64,000 nt of DNA. Source: Macrostomum lignano. Lineage: Eukaryota. Location: the NCBI GenBank assembly GCA_002269645.1, contig NIVC01000586.1:1-64000 (forward strand), given 5' to 3'. Below, one piece after another: positions 1 to 13,900 of this stretch; positions within the stretch are counted from its first letter, which is position 1; the number at the start of each line of letters is the position of its first letter. Under the pieces are notes generated by a model, which was given only the letters and a program-made list of their open reading frames with translations, did no database searches and was not told where the DNA came from. The position numbers and the translations under genes are program-made.

Positions 1-755
1 CCTGCCAGTTTTAGTTTTGAGGTCTTTGCAAACTCAAACACTGTCGAGTACCACGAGATCTACGATGTGGTGAGGGAGTGTCTGGTGCGTCTCTCCCATG
101 GTGACTGCAGCCCGCTGTCTCAGGAGTCGCTCACAGAGCTGATTGCCAGACTGCCAGACTGCACCGGCTCAGCTCGGGAGGCTCTCAGAGCGCTGGCCTG
201 CCTGAAGTTCGGCTACCGAGGAACTGCAGAGAGAATCGTGAGCCAGTGCAGAGGCCTCTCGGTGAGCAGAGGCATCGCTTGTCCGCTGAGAGGTCGGCGA
301 CCGAGGCGACCACGGAGTTTGTGTGGTGGCATCTGAGGAGCGGCGACTCCGCGCTGGAAGTTCTGCTTCGAGTTCGAAAGGGCGCCCAAAATTAATTTTT
401 TTAACTGGAGTTCTGATCAAGTGTTTCCCGCTCAAATTTCATAGTGGCCAGATTATTTCTACTTAAACTTCGATGCACTGCTGTGGGCCTTGAGACTTGA
501 GCTGCTACCCGACAGCGAAGTCGCCATGCCAAGGCCTGGATCCAATCTGTGGCTGAGCGGGAGGACGCGGATATTCAGGAGCTGCTGGTTGCTGCCCTGT
601 TTTCTGTCCAGCCCAAAACGGATCTGCTCATTTTGAGAAGCTGCTCAGTTTTAATGTGGCGCTTCCCCCGATGGCTGACGGAGGAACTGCAGCGAAAGTG
701 GCAGCTAGCAGGAGCAATGTGGCAACAAATGATCGGTTCTGAGCTGAAGCTTTGA
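1..755 (+). other. Possible 3' part of an unidentified, frame-disrupted coding sequence
   Basis: Frame 1 is open from 1 to 336. Protein-like text continues in another frame (HRLSAERSATEATTEFVWWHLRSGDSALEVLL, from 273; VARLFLLKLRCTAVGLET*AATRQ...SELKL*, ~447-755, with TGA at 498). No domain recognised. Confidence 0.3.
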
Positions 756-1643
756 AGGCCAGGCGGTAACTTGCTAAACAAACTAATAAACGATATTTAG
801 CTGTGTAGTTACTATAGCGTAGTTCAGTATTGCATGGCATGTAGTCGGTTAACGCTAAAGTATCCTTGCCTGGAGATCGAATGTGAACCTCTTGGAATGT
901 TTTAGCGATGGCTAAACTTTCGACTGTCCACGCGCCCTGCCTGTGAGGGGCGCATTTCTGCATTCAAACACACAATAGCAACAAAACAAACAAAAAAATC
1001 ACAGCAATAACAACAACAAAAGATGCCTCCTTAAGAAAAGGCAGTCAGCTGGCGGGCCTGGATGGAAAGCGTCCAACTGCATTCGGAGTTGAAATACGTA
1101 TTGGCAATCAAAATGTTCACCGATCATCGGGACGTCTTAAAGGCCTAGCGCATCCTTTAATATTCAATAAAGTTAACATTTTTGCCCGCTTCTATTATAC
1201 TGTCCGAACTGTTAAAGACATGATTTTGTTTTCTGTGTAACATTCATTCTTTCACATAATAGTCGTAATAACGAATTCAGTTTTTTTACTGCCAGATTTC
1301 CTGCTTGAAAACATAATATTCAGAATGCTCGCTCATATCTTCAAATTACGCTCGTACGCCGAAAAATGAGCAGCAATCTGATTTAGATTTGACAATTTGG
1401 CAGCCTGATTCCTTCCAAAAAACGTGCGGTAATTCCGGGCGCAAGTTCTACGCAGGCAATTCCCGGCAAACCCGTGGAAAAGCCTTCTGCCACGCTGTAC
1501 GCTTGTACACTCTGGGACCCACGTACACAGTGTAGAGATTAATGTACAGTTTTTGAGCAGAGTAGAAACTCTGCGGAAATTCTGCAGGAAAACCAACGAA
1601 TTGCCCCGGAATTCTTTCGGTAATCATTTACAAGCAGACTGGC

Positions 1644-2695
1644 ATGCAACCGTCAAAGTACCAGACCGCAAAAATAGCAGCTGCTGACCTTCCTGAATCC
1701 ATGGAGCTTCCCAGGGAAGTCGCCAGTCAACTGCGCCAATCATCGGGGATCGCTTGCGATGAAGTCATTGAGTGCGCGCTCTGTCACGAAGGTTCATTCA
1801 ATCCGTATGATCTTCAGCGTCACAAGGCCGAGTGCCCCAAGAAGCTGGTTAGTTGCAGATTCTGCCGTCTCGGGTGCGATTTCCAGAGTACTCAAGAGAA
1901 TTTGAATGGCCACTACGCTGTTGGGGCGGAAAAGTATCTGGAGCTCATCTGCGATGAGTTCAAGGCCTCAGCCCTGGATCCCCTGCAGCCTACAGCATGA
2001 GAAATTCGGTCTGGGGAGCAAAACGTATTGCGATTGTTTGCTGCGTTGAAGAGAATTCAGCCTAGTTTAGCTGATTGGGCTCTGACAACCATTGCCATCG
2101 AGGGCTTGATGAAGGAGTTTGGCGGAGCCAGCGGTCTCAGGACCCTGTTGCATTGCGTGCAAGCCAAACTAAAAGCGAGTCAACAGCAGGAGCTGCGCAG
2201 AATCACGCGACGCGTTGAGACCCTGGAGCAGATCTCTTATGACGGTTGCCTGCTGTGGAAAGTCACTGGCATCGCCGACAGACTGCGGGAGGCGGCGAGC
2301 AACCCGTCAGCCTGTCTGCTGTCTCCGCCTTTCATGACCCAGCGATACGGCCGCAAGTTCCGTGTCAGGTTGTTTCTCAACGGACAGGCGGACGCCGACC
2401 GTAGTCACGTGACTACTCAGCTAGAGCTCGTCCAGACCGAACTCGACGACATGTGGGATTGGCCGTTTGTCGCCAGAGTCACCTTCCACCTGCTGCATCG
2501 GCAGCGCCACACGGAGGACTTGGTTGTCAGGGCAAGTTTCATCGCTCAGCAGCCGTCAATTGGCGAAAGCGGGACGGAGTTTTTGCTGCAATTCGTGGGA
2601 CCGACCGGCTCGTGACGTTGTTTGCGAGGAACGGCTGCGTCTACCTGGAGACGGAGGTGGAGCAGCGGCGTGACGAGGGACTGACGTCTCCATGA
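1644..2695 (+). pseudogene. Intronless TRAF-family gene (TRAF-type zinc finger, coiled coil, MATH/TRAF-C domain) with two lesions
   Basis: ORFs 1644-2000 and 2028-2615 share one frame, separated only by TGA at 1998-2000. TRAF Zn-finger-like CALCHEG...RHKAECPKKLVSC. MATH hallmarks: SYDGCLLWKV, SPPFMTQRYGRKFRVRLFLNG, DDMWDWPF. The C-terminal strand FARNGCVYLETEVE lies in the neighbouring frame (ORF 2453-2695), implying a frameshift at ~2520-2600. Confidence 0.8.
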
Positions 2696-3114
2696 CCTCC
2701 TCAACCCAAGGCCCGGATGGGATGGGAAAGGGAAAGAGTGGACAACTACGTTTCGCAGAAAATATGTACGCGTAAAATGCACGCGTAAAGTACATGTAGC
2801 TCGTACATTCGAAATCCAACAGAAAATAATTTTAATTTCACTTTCAATTAGTGTGGATTCCAACCCCGTGAGGATTTCTAACTGGCAAAAAGGGAGAGTC
2901 GATTGGAAGACCGAATAAAGTCTAAAAAGGGCAAATTTTGTACCAGGAAAGGCTCAGCAGGAAGGGCTCAAGTGCTCGTTGGTGGCTAAGTAAGTTTTAG
3001 TACAATTAAAAATGAGTTATAACAAACATTTGGACTCTCTTGAGTTTTTTTGCATATCTTTTATTGTTTCCTCTTTGACTAACCAAGCATATCAACCAGC
3101 AAAACACAGGCACA

Positions 3115-4725
3115 TTCACTGAAAAGTCACTGACACACCCATAACATACGCTGACACATTCACTGACACACCCGTTAACACACACTGACACATTCACTGA
3201 CACACCCCATAACACACACAGACACATTCACTGACACACCCGTTAACACACACTGACACATTCACTGACACATTCACTGACACATTCACTGACACACCCC
3301 ATAACACACACTGACACATTCACTGACACATTCACTGACACACCCCATAACACACACTGACACATTCACTGACACATTCACTGACACACCCCATAACACA
3401 CACTGACACATTCACTGACACATTCACTGACACACCCCATAACACACACAAGCACATCCACTGACACACCCCATAACACACACAAGCACATTCACTGACA
3501 CGCCCCAAAATACACACTGAAACATTCACCGACACGCCGCATAACACACACTGACACATTCACTGACACGCACCTTAATACACTCTGACACGCCCCATAA
3601 CACACACTGACACATTCACTGACATGCCCCATAACACACACTGACACATTCACTGACACATTCACTGACACACCCCATAACACACACTGACACATTCACT
3701 GACACATTCACTGACACACCCCATAACACACACTGACACATTCACTGACACATTCACTGACACACCCCATAACACACACAAGCACATCCACTGACACACC
3801 CCATAACACACACAAGCACATTCACTGACACGCCCCAAAATACACACTGAAACATTCACCGACACGCCGCATAACACACACTGACACATTCACTGACACG
3901 CACCTTAATACACTCTGACACGCCCCATAACACACACTGACACATTCACTGACATGCCCCATAACACACACTGACACATTCACTGACACATTCACTGACA
4001 CACCCCATAACACACACTGACACATTCACTGACACATTCACTGACACACCCCATAACACACACTGACACATTCACTGACATGCCCCATAACACACACTGA
4101 CATGCCCCATAACACACACTGACACGCCCCATAACACACACTGACACGCCCATAACACACACTGACAGGCCCCATAACACACACTGACACGCCCATAACA
4201 CACACTGACACGCCCCCATAACACACACTGACACGCCTCATAACACACACTGACACGCCTCATAACACACACTGACACGCCTCATAACACACACTGACAC
4301 GCCTCATAACACACACTGACACGCCCATAACACACACTGACACACCCATAACACACACTGACACGCCCATAACACACACTGACACGCCCCATAACACACA
4401 CTGACACGCCCCCATAACACACACTGACACGCCCCATAACACACACTGACACGCCCCATAACACACACTGACACGCCCATAACACACACTGACAGGCCCC
4501 ATAACACACACTGACACGCCCATAACACACACTGACACGCCCCATAACACACACTGACACGCCCCATAACACACACTGACACGCCCCATAACACACACTG
4601 ACACGCCCCATAACACACACTGACACGCCTCATAACACACACTGACACGCCTCATAACACACACTGACACGCCCCCATAACACACACTGACACACCCATA
4701 ACACACACTGACACATTCACTGACG
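3115..4725. repeat. Minisatellite, 22-bp unit (acacactgacacgccccataac) mixed with a 12-bp subunit (acattcactgac)
   Basis: Directly visible. A 330-bp block is duplicated (identical track ORFs at 3332/3662 and 3492/3822). Confidence 0.95.
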
Positions 4726-5199
4726 CACCTCTAAAAACGCACCGATTGACCTACACAAGGTACATCCATCCAGATCAGTGTCAAACAGCTGCGCTTAACA
4801 ACCATAAAATCGCAGATACGCAACGATTTTATCTAATCACAAGAGGCAAGAAGCAAATAAAAATCAGCAATTTACGCCACCTGTCATTTATATTTTTTCG
4901 CAGTAAATTGCTTGACGGTGCTGTAGTGTTTAGCAGTGCACACTGTACGTTATTTATTAAACACTCGAATAAAAGTTTTTTTCAGCAAACAAAACAGTAA
5001 AAGTGAAGTGTGGTGCATAAATTTACTAACACGCGTAATCAGAAAGGCCTAGTGGGCAGTTGAAAGGCTAATGCGGGTTTGGAAGAGTTTCACTGCGTTC
5101 AGAATCAGTATGCGGATATACGCCATTATTGTAAAAGCTACAGGTAAGTTGCAGCCAGCCATGGCAGTCCAGAATCTGGTGGTGGCCGAGCTCACCCCC

Positions 5200-5868
5200 T
5201 TATGCCGCTGCAGCAGCGGACAGGGCGGTCATCGAAGCCGACAAAGCGGATTCTGCAGCAGCAGCAGCTGCGTCCAGAGTTCTGGACATTCGCTCCAGAG
5301 GATTCACTGCGGCCGGCGTTGCCCCGTCGCAGTCCGGCATCCTGATCGCCGCCAGAAGGCCCCGGAGCAGCGGCACCGCACCAGCTGTCGTATTCTTCAT
5401 GAGGGCCGCGCGGAACTCTCTGAGCACGGCTACCAGGCAGGACTCGCTTTGAGCCGCAAAGCAGTAGTGCAGAGCGTTTCGGCCCCTGCTGTCGTACAGC
5501 CGAAACACCTGGCTGGGGTTTCGGCTGACCAGCTCGGCGACCAACCTCGACATTCCCGCCCACACGGCCAGCATCAGCAGCGACTCGAGTCCAGGACCTC
5601 GCCAGCGTTCCGTCAAAGTCCAGACGCCCAGATGGTCGCTTTGTCGAAGCGCTTCGATGGCCTCGTCCTCGCTGCCGCGCCCGATGGCGTCAGCAATCGG
5701 ATAACAGAGTCTGCGCTGCGACATCAGGGTGCGAATGGCGCGGCGGTGCTCGCTGACGAACTGCAGCCACTGGGACTCGGAGCACACCTGGCGCAGTTTC
5801 ATGACTCTTGCGGCGACGTCTCGCAGTTTATTTCTGTCGTCAGCTGATTTGCAGCTTCTTGGTGCCAT
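5200..5868 (-). CDS. Intronless ankyrin-repeat protein (~222 aa)
   Basis: ATG at 5868, TAA at 5200-5202. Ankyrin-like motifs ESLLMLAVWAGMSRLVAELV, DSRGRNALHYCF and DCDGATP. Confidence 0.65.
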   Translation of the reverse strand: MAPRSCKSADDRNKLRDVAARVMKLRQVCSESQWLQFVSEHRRAIRTLMSQRRLCYPIADAIGRGSEDEAIEALRQSDHLGVWTLTERWRGPGLESLLMLAVWAGMSRLVAELVSRNPSQVFRLYDSRGRNALHYCFAAQSESCLVAVLREFRAALMKNTTAGAVPLLRGLLAAIRMPDCDGATPAAVNPLERMSRTLDAAAAAAESALSASMTALSAAAAA

Positions 5869-6461
5869 GCTCAAATCGTTTCTTTGATATATGCGTCTGT
5901 GAGGCCTTCCTGAGGGTTGCTAGTTGCATTCCAGTCATGACTGAGCCGCTAATGCTTATATAGAGTTCTTCTAGACTGCCCTGCTTTGCCCGGGAATTCC
6001 GCGGGCGCGCTCGGGCACTCCAAACTAATAATCTGACGAACACTGCCAAATACGGTCTACGGGAGTTCCCTGCGTATTCTATTTTTAGACATTTCGCACT
6101 GGGGCGTGTTACGTGGCCAGTGTACGCCTCCAGTGCCACAAGCTTTTACTAAGGATGTCCACGTAGTGTCGTAGTCAGACAATTAAAAACTTTGTTTTGC
6201 CATGTTTGCGCTTCATCATTGCCCTCTTGCCCATGAAAAACACTTGCTAGTACGGACTGACACGGATGACAGATTTTATGAGAAACTAATTTCGATTTTA
6301 CGTAAATTGTTGTTGAAAAATAATAAGCTAGCATTTCCTGGAAAACTTAGACATTTTACTCGCCGTATTCTCACGATCTCATGGGTCATTTGTTCTGTAC
6401 GTTTAATTACTAACTGAAATCCGCTCACTATTTCAAAGCGTTAGTCCGTATACCTGCCTAT

Positions 6462-6579
6462 GTCGTCTGTCTGTCTTAGTGTCTGTCTTAGTGTCTGCCT
6501 GTCTGTCTGTCTTAGTGTCTGTCTGTCTGTCTGTCTTAGTGTCTGTCTGTCTTAGTGTCTGTCTGTCTGTCTGTCTGCG

Positions 6580-6650
<71 letters not shown>
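6462..6650. repeat. (GTCT)n microsatellite with TTAG interruptions; left flank of the TIR element
   Basis: Directly visible. Confidence 0.97.
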
Positions 6651-7935
6651 GTTAATGTCTGTGTGTTTACTTGGACCTTTCGTCAGTATTTTTCCCTCCT
6701 TACATGGACCACCCGTTTTAACTGGACCCCTTACGTGGACCACCATATATATTTCTACATGAAAGGTTAAAGATGTTTTACATAGACCTATGATGGAGTC
6801 TAGCAGAAAACGATCGTGGTCCCTAAAGTTGCTCACTCGAAGTTCTTTTGGTTCCAAGTTACAACGGTTTCAGTTTACCTGGACCTTTTACTCGGTCCAC
6901 CTAAACCGATTTTCGAGGTCCACGTAAATCGAAATTTCACATGACCCATTTTCAAAAACTGTCTGTTTGGTGTCTGTTTTGTGTCTGTTAGGTAAATTGG
7001 TAGCTAAATTTGTCGATTTGTTGTAATCGTGAAAACGTTGTTTTTTGCGATAAAATAACAAATTTGTAAGCAACAATATGTATAATGGATTTGGGGCTTG
7101 GACGACAAAGACGGAACTATTATATGCTATTAATTTCGAGACAATTTTTATAAAAAATCACGATATTGCATCACAGCATTGAGTCTCCTCTCCACCTTGA
7201 GCTACTAAAAATTCCTCTAAGATCGCAATTGTAAGTGATGCAACTGGCCACCCGTGCTGCAGGGAATGATGTATTTACACAATCACACACTATGAAGTAA
7301 TGATTGATAACAGGCTGTTTCGTACGAGCTATGTACGACCTGTATCTTATTATGTCAAAGCCAAAACGAAAGCCATATTTGTATCGCTATCTTTGAAAGT
7401 CGTAGCTTATCCTAACATTAAAGTGCCTTTAACCAAATTCATTGGACGGAAAATCCGGAGTACATCGTGTGATTGGACTGTAAGCCGCTCTTATACTTAA
7501 AGGAGCCTCACACTCCTTGAAAGATAGCGGCCTCCAGTGGTTCCCCTAAAACGATGTCCTGTAGCACAGACTAATCTCTACCCCCTTATTTTAGCATGAC
7601 TGCTTGTCTCATTGTACACAGCAATGTACACTAGTTGTTTGCTTTTTATTAAAACAGCTGATGTCGGGAGATAAGAATTCTAGAATTTTCTGTTTCAAGA
7701 CTGTACAGTGCGAATGGACACTGGCCAACCAGTGGGGTATCTCAATGGGCACTGTACATTTGCCAGCCACAGAATCTCGCTAACCAATAGGAAAAGGTCT
7801 AATGAAATTGGCGTGGGGTTGCTTGCTTATAGAAGCCTCGCAATCAGGTCCATTTAAACCCAGACTTACTAAGACCAGAGTTTATTTAGGCCCCGTTGCA
7901 ATTGCAACTGCAAGTATAGGAAGAATATCCTGTAG

Positions 7936-10900
7936 AAAACGGCCAAAATATTTTACGTCGAAAGGATTGAGAAGTGCTGCAAAAAGAAGTTTTTTATAAA
8001 GTGGACTGGCTATCCCAGGTAAGAAAATTTTCAAAAAAGAATAACTTCTAATTCTAAATAATATTTTACTTAACTTGTAAAAAATTTAAGGCTTTACTGC
8101 TTTTCATTTTTAACATGCTTTGTAGGAGTAAAAACACATGGGAGCCGAAAAAATATCCCCGAGAACATCCTAAACGCTCTGCACTCTGAGTGCGGTAAGC
8201 TATACTCTACAGTCAATATCAATAGCATACAATAGGACATTTGCATCAACAACTTATACAGTATTACATTATTTTATACATTTCAGGCAAGTGCTTCACT
8301 AGAACAAAAGCTAAGGACAAGTCAGTAAGTTTTGTTGTAACGTGTTATTAAAATTTTTGATTTTGCGCTTTACTTAAACTATGAACAAATATTGTGGACA
8401 CAATTCTCCTTTATGTTTTTCTTTGATTCGAAATTCCTATACAGCTACAAAATAATTAGCTTTACATGACCTAAACAGCTGAACTACTACAACCATTTCT
8501 TCTACGCTTCATACTCGTACTTCAAAGTAAACAAACAGTAATTGATTAGGGTCCAGCTAACACACCTTGTAAACAACAGACAGACACAGTTAAGATAGTG
8601 CCCCGATCTGGGGTCCAGCTAACACACCGTGACACCAACAGACAGATGCAGTCAGTTTAAGATGGTGCCCCGATCTGGGGTCCAGCTAACACACCGTGAC
8701 ACCAACAGACAGACGCAGTCAGTTTAAGATGGTGCCCAGATCTGGGGTCCAGCTAACACACCGTGACACCAACAGACAGACGCAGTCAGTTTAAGATGGT
8801 GCCCCGACCTGGGGTCCAGCTAACACACCGTGACACCAACAGACAGACGCAGTCAGTTTAAGATGGTGCCCCGACCTGGGGTCCAGCCAACACACCGTGA
8901 CACCAACAGACAGACGCAGTCAGTTTAAGATGGTGCCCAGATCTGGGGTCCAGCTAACACACCGTGACACCAACAGACAGACGCAGTCAGTTTAAGATGG
9001 TGCCCAGATCTGGGGTCCAGCTAACACACCGTGACACCAACAGACAGACGCAGTCAGTTTAAGATGGTGCCCAGATCTGGGGTCCAGCTAACACACCGTG
9101 ACACCAACAGACAGACGCAGTCAGTTTAAGATGGTGCCCAGATCTGGGGTCCAGCTAACACACCGTGACACCAACAGACAGACGCAGTCAGTTTAAGATG
9201 GTGCCCCGACCTGGGGTCCAGCTAACACACCGTGACACCAACAGACAGACGCAGTCAGTTTAAGATGGTGCCCAGATCTGGGGTCCAGCTAACACACCGT
9301 GACACCAACAGACAGACGCAGTCAGTTTAAGATGGTGCCCAGATCTGGGGTCCAGCTAACACACCGTGACACCAACAGACAGATGCAGTCAGTTTAAGAT
9401 GGTGCCCCGATCTGGGGTCCAGCTAACACACCGTGACACCAACAGACAGACGCAGTCAGTTTAAGATGGTGCCCCGACCTGGGGTCCAGCTAACACACCG
9501 TGACACCAACAGACAGACGCAGTCAGTTTAAGATGGTGCCCAGATCTGGGGTCCAGCTAACACACCGTGACACCAACAGACAGACGCAGTCAGTTTAAGA
9601 TGGTGCCCAGATCTGGGGTCCAGCTAACACACCGTGACACCAACAGACAGACGCAGTCAGTTTAAGATGGTGCCCCGACCTGGGGTCCAGCTAACACACC
9701 GTGACACCAACAGACAGACGCAGTCAGTTTAAGATGGTGCCCAGATCTGGGGTCCAGCTAACACACCGTGACACCAACAGACAGACGCAGTCAGTTTAAG
9801 ATGGTGCCCAGATCTGGGGTCCAGCTAACACACCGTGACACCAACAGACAGACGCAGTCAGTTTAAGATGGTGCCCCGACCTGGGGTCCAGCTAACACAC
9901 CGTGACACCAACAGACAGACGCAGTCAGTTTAAGATGGTGCCCCGACCTGGGGTCCAGCTAACACACCGTGACACCAACAGACAGACGCAGTCAGTTTAA
10001 GATGGTGCCCCGACCTGGGGTCCAGCTAACACACCGTGACACCAACAGACAGACGCAGTCAGTTTAAGATGGTGCCCCGATCTGGGGTCCAGCTAACACA
10101 CCGTGACACCAACAGACAGACGCAGTCAGTTTAAGATGGTGCCCCGATCTGGGGTCCAGCTAACACACCATGACGTGAGACTGAAAACTAGATACAGACA
10201 CTAAAAGTCTAGCCAACTTACAAAATATTAGTTTCCAATTAGAGCTTTCGTTTTAACGGAAGGAATTTTTAATATACACACCAAGCAGCAAGACTCAACC
10301 AGTCAGTCTTCTCAGCTGCAACAAGACTTGGCCAGTCAGCAGAAGCAGCAACAGAACCCGGCCACTCAGTCTCCTCAGCCGCATCAAGACACGGCCAGTC
10401 AGCAGAAGCCGCATCAAAACTCGGCCAGTCACTCTCCTCAGCTGCTGCAGAACTCGGCCAATAAGTCAAAGAAGCAACGTCGCTCGACCAGTCAGCAGAA
10501 GCCGCATCAAGACTCGGCCAGTCAGCAGAAGCCGCATCAAGACTCGGCCAGTCAGCAGAAGCGGCATCAAGACTCGGCCAGTTTTTCTCCAGAGCAGCAC
10601 GAATCGGCCAAGAGAGCTCGAAACAAGTCCAGATCGGTTAAGAGGAAAGGAAGCAAGCAGTCCCGATGTGAAAGTGCTGACTCGTGTGAAGCTGGCTCCT
10701 CTCATCAAGCCGCTGCTAAAGGCACCTCTTCTGCTGTAAGTACTTTGTTGCGCTGCACTTTTACGCCTTTGTTCAAAACTGCACTGCAACTCGCACAATT
10801 GAATCTTCTATTAGTGTTTGAATTTAAAGAAGACAGTCTTAGATTTTGCTCTTATCTAAGGTCCAGCTAACACACCGTGACACCAACAGACAGACGCAGT

Positions 10901-13900
10901 CAGTTTAAGATGGTGCCCCGACCTGGGGTCCAGCTAACACACCGTGACACCAACAGACAGACGCAGTCAGTTTAAGATGGTGCCCCGACCTGGGGTCCAG
11001 CTAACACACCGTGACACCAACAGACAGACGCAGTCAGTTTAAGATGGTGCCCAGATCTGGGGTCCAGCTAACACACCGTGACACCAACAGACAGACGCAG
11101 TCAGTTTAAGATGGTGCCCAGATCTGGGGTCCAGCTAACACACCGTGACACCAACAGACAGACGCAGTCAGTTTAAGATGGTGCCCCGACCTGGGGTCCA
11201 GCTAACACACCGTGACACCAACAGACAGACGCAGTCAGTTTAAGATGGTGCCCAGATCTGGGGTCCAGCTAACACACCGTGACACCAACAGACAGACGCA
11301 GTCAGTTTAAGATGGTGCCCAGATCTGGGGTCCAGCTAACACACCGTGACACCAACAGACAGACGCAGTCAGTTTAAGATGGTGCCCAGATCTGGGGTCC
11401 AGCTAACACACCGTGACACCAACAGACAGACGCAGTCAGTTTAAGATGGTGCCCCGACCTGGGGTCCAGCTAACACACCGTGACACCAACAGACAGACGC
11501 AGTCAGTTTAAGATGGTGCCCCGACCTGGGGTCCAGCTAACACACCGTGACACCAACAGACAGACGCAGTCAGTTTAAGATGGTGCCCCGACCTGGGGTC
11601 CAGCTAACACACCGTGACACCAACAGACAGACGCAGTCAGTTTAAGATGGTGCCCCGACCTGGGGTCCAGCTAACACACCGTGACACCAACAGACAGACG
11701 CAGTCAGTTTAAGATGGTGCCCCGATCTGGGGTCCAGCTAACACACCGTGACACCAACAGACAGACGCAGTCAGTTTAAGATGGTGCCCCGATCTGGGGT
11801 CCAGCTAACACACCATGACGTGAGACTGAAAACTAGATACAGACACTAAAAGTCTAGCCAACTTACAAAATATTAGTTTCCAATTAGAGCTTTCGTTTTA
11901 ACGGAAGGAATTTTTAATATACACACCAAGCAGCAAGACTCAACCAGTCAGTCTTCTCAGCTGCAACAAGACTTGGCCAGTCAGCAGAAGCAGCAACAGA
12001 ACCCGGCCACTCAGTCTCCTCAGCCGCATCAAGACACGGCCAGTCAGCAGAAGCCGCATCAAAACTCGGCCAGTCACTCTCCTCAGCTGCTGCAGAACTC
12101 GGCCAATAAGTCAAAGAAGCAACGTCGCTCGACCAGTCAGCAGAAGCCGCATCAAGACTCGGCCAGTCAGCAGAAGCCGCATCAAGACTCGGCCAGTCAG
12201 CAGAAGCGGCATCAAGACTCGGCCAGTTTTTCTCCAGAGCAGCACGAATCGGCCAAGAGAGCTCGAAACAAGTCCAGATCGGTTAAGAGGAAAGGAAGCA
12301 AGCAGTCCCGATGTGAAAGTGCTGACTCGTGTGAAGCTGGCTCCTCTCATCAAGCCGCTGCTAAAGGCACCTCTTCTGCTGTAAGTACTTTGTTGCGCTG
12401 CACTTTTACGCCTTTGTTCAAAACTGCACTGCAACTCGCACAATTGAATCTTCTATTAGTGTTTGAATTTAAAGAAGACAGTCTTAGATTTTGCTCTTAT
12501 CTAAGGTCCAGCTAACACACCGTGACACCAACAGACAGACGCAGTCAGTTTAAGATGGTGCCCCGACCTGGGTCCAGCTAACACACCGTGACACCAACAG
12601 ACAGACGCAGTCAGTTTAAGATGGTGCCCCGACCTGGGGTCCAGCTAACACACCGTGACACCAACAGACAGACGCAGTCAGTTTAAGATGGTGCCCAGAT
12701 CTGGGGTCCAGCTAACACACCGTGACACCAACAGACAGACGCAGTCAGTTTAAGATGGTGCCCAGATCTGGGGTCCAGCTAACACACCGTGACACCAACA
12801 GACAGACGCAGTCAGTTTAAGATGGTGCCCCGACCTGGGGTCCAGCTAACACACCGTGACACCAACAGACAGACGCAGTCAGTTTAAGATGGTGCCCAGA
12901 TCTGGGGTCCAGCTAACACACCGTGACACCAACAGACAGACGCAGTCAGTTTAAGATGGTGCCCAGATCTGGGGTCCAGCTAACACACCGTGACACCAAC
13001 AGACAGACGCAGTCAGTTTAAGATGGTGCCCAGATCTGGGTCCAGCTAACACACAGTGACACCAACAGACAGACGCAGTCAGTTTAAGATGGTGCCCCGA
13101 CCTGGGGTCCAGCTAACACACCGTGACACCAACAGACAGACGCAGTCAGTTTAAGATGGTGCCCCGACCTGGGGTCCAGCTAACACACCGTGACACCAAC
13201 AGACAGACGCAGTCAGTTTAAGATGGTGCCCCGACCTGGGGTCCAGCTAACACACCGTGACACCAACAGACAGACGCAGTCAGTTTAAGATGGTGCCCCG
13301 ACCTGGGGTCCAGCTAACACACCGTGACACCAACAGACAGACGCAGTCAGTTTAAGATGGTGCCCCGATCTGGGGTCCAGCTAACACACCGTGACACCAA
13401 CAGACAGACGCAGTCAGTTTAAGATGGTGCCCCGATCTGGGGTCCAGCTAACACACCATGACGTGAGACTGAAAACTAGATACAGACACTAAAAGTCTAG
13501 CCAACTTACAAAATATTAGTTTCCAATTAGAGCTTTCGTTTTAACGGAAGGAATTTTTAATATACACACCAAGCAGCAAGACTCAACCAGTCAGTCTTCT
13601 CAGCTGCAACAAGACTTGGCCAGTCAGCAGAAGCAGCAACAGAACCCGGCCACTCAGTCTCCTCAGCCGCATCAAGACACGGCCAGTCAGCAGAAGCCGC
13701 ATCAAAACTCGGCCAGTCACTCTCCTCAGCTGCTGCAGAACTCGGCCAATAAGTCAAAGAAGCAACGTCGCTCGACCAGTCAGCAGAAGCCGCATCAAGA
13801 CTCGGCCAGTCAGCAGAAGCCGCATCAAGACTCGGCCAGTCAGCAGAAGCGGCATCAAGACTCGGCCAGTTTTTCTCCAGAGCAGCACGAATCGGCCAAG

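Noticed and set aside
1998-2000. Selenocysteine or programmed readthrough at the TRAF TGA
   Set aside because: Not at a redox or Cys-aligned position, no SECIS recognised, and a second independent lesion exists downstream.
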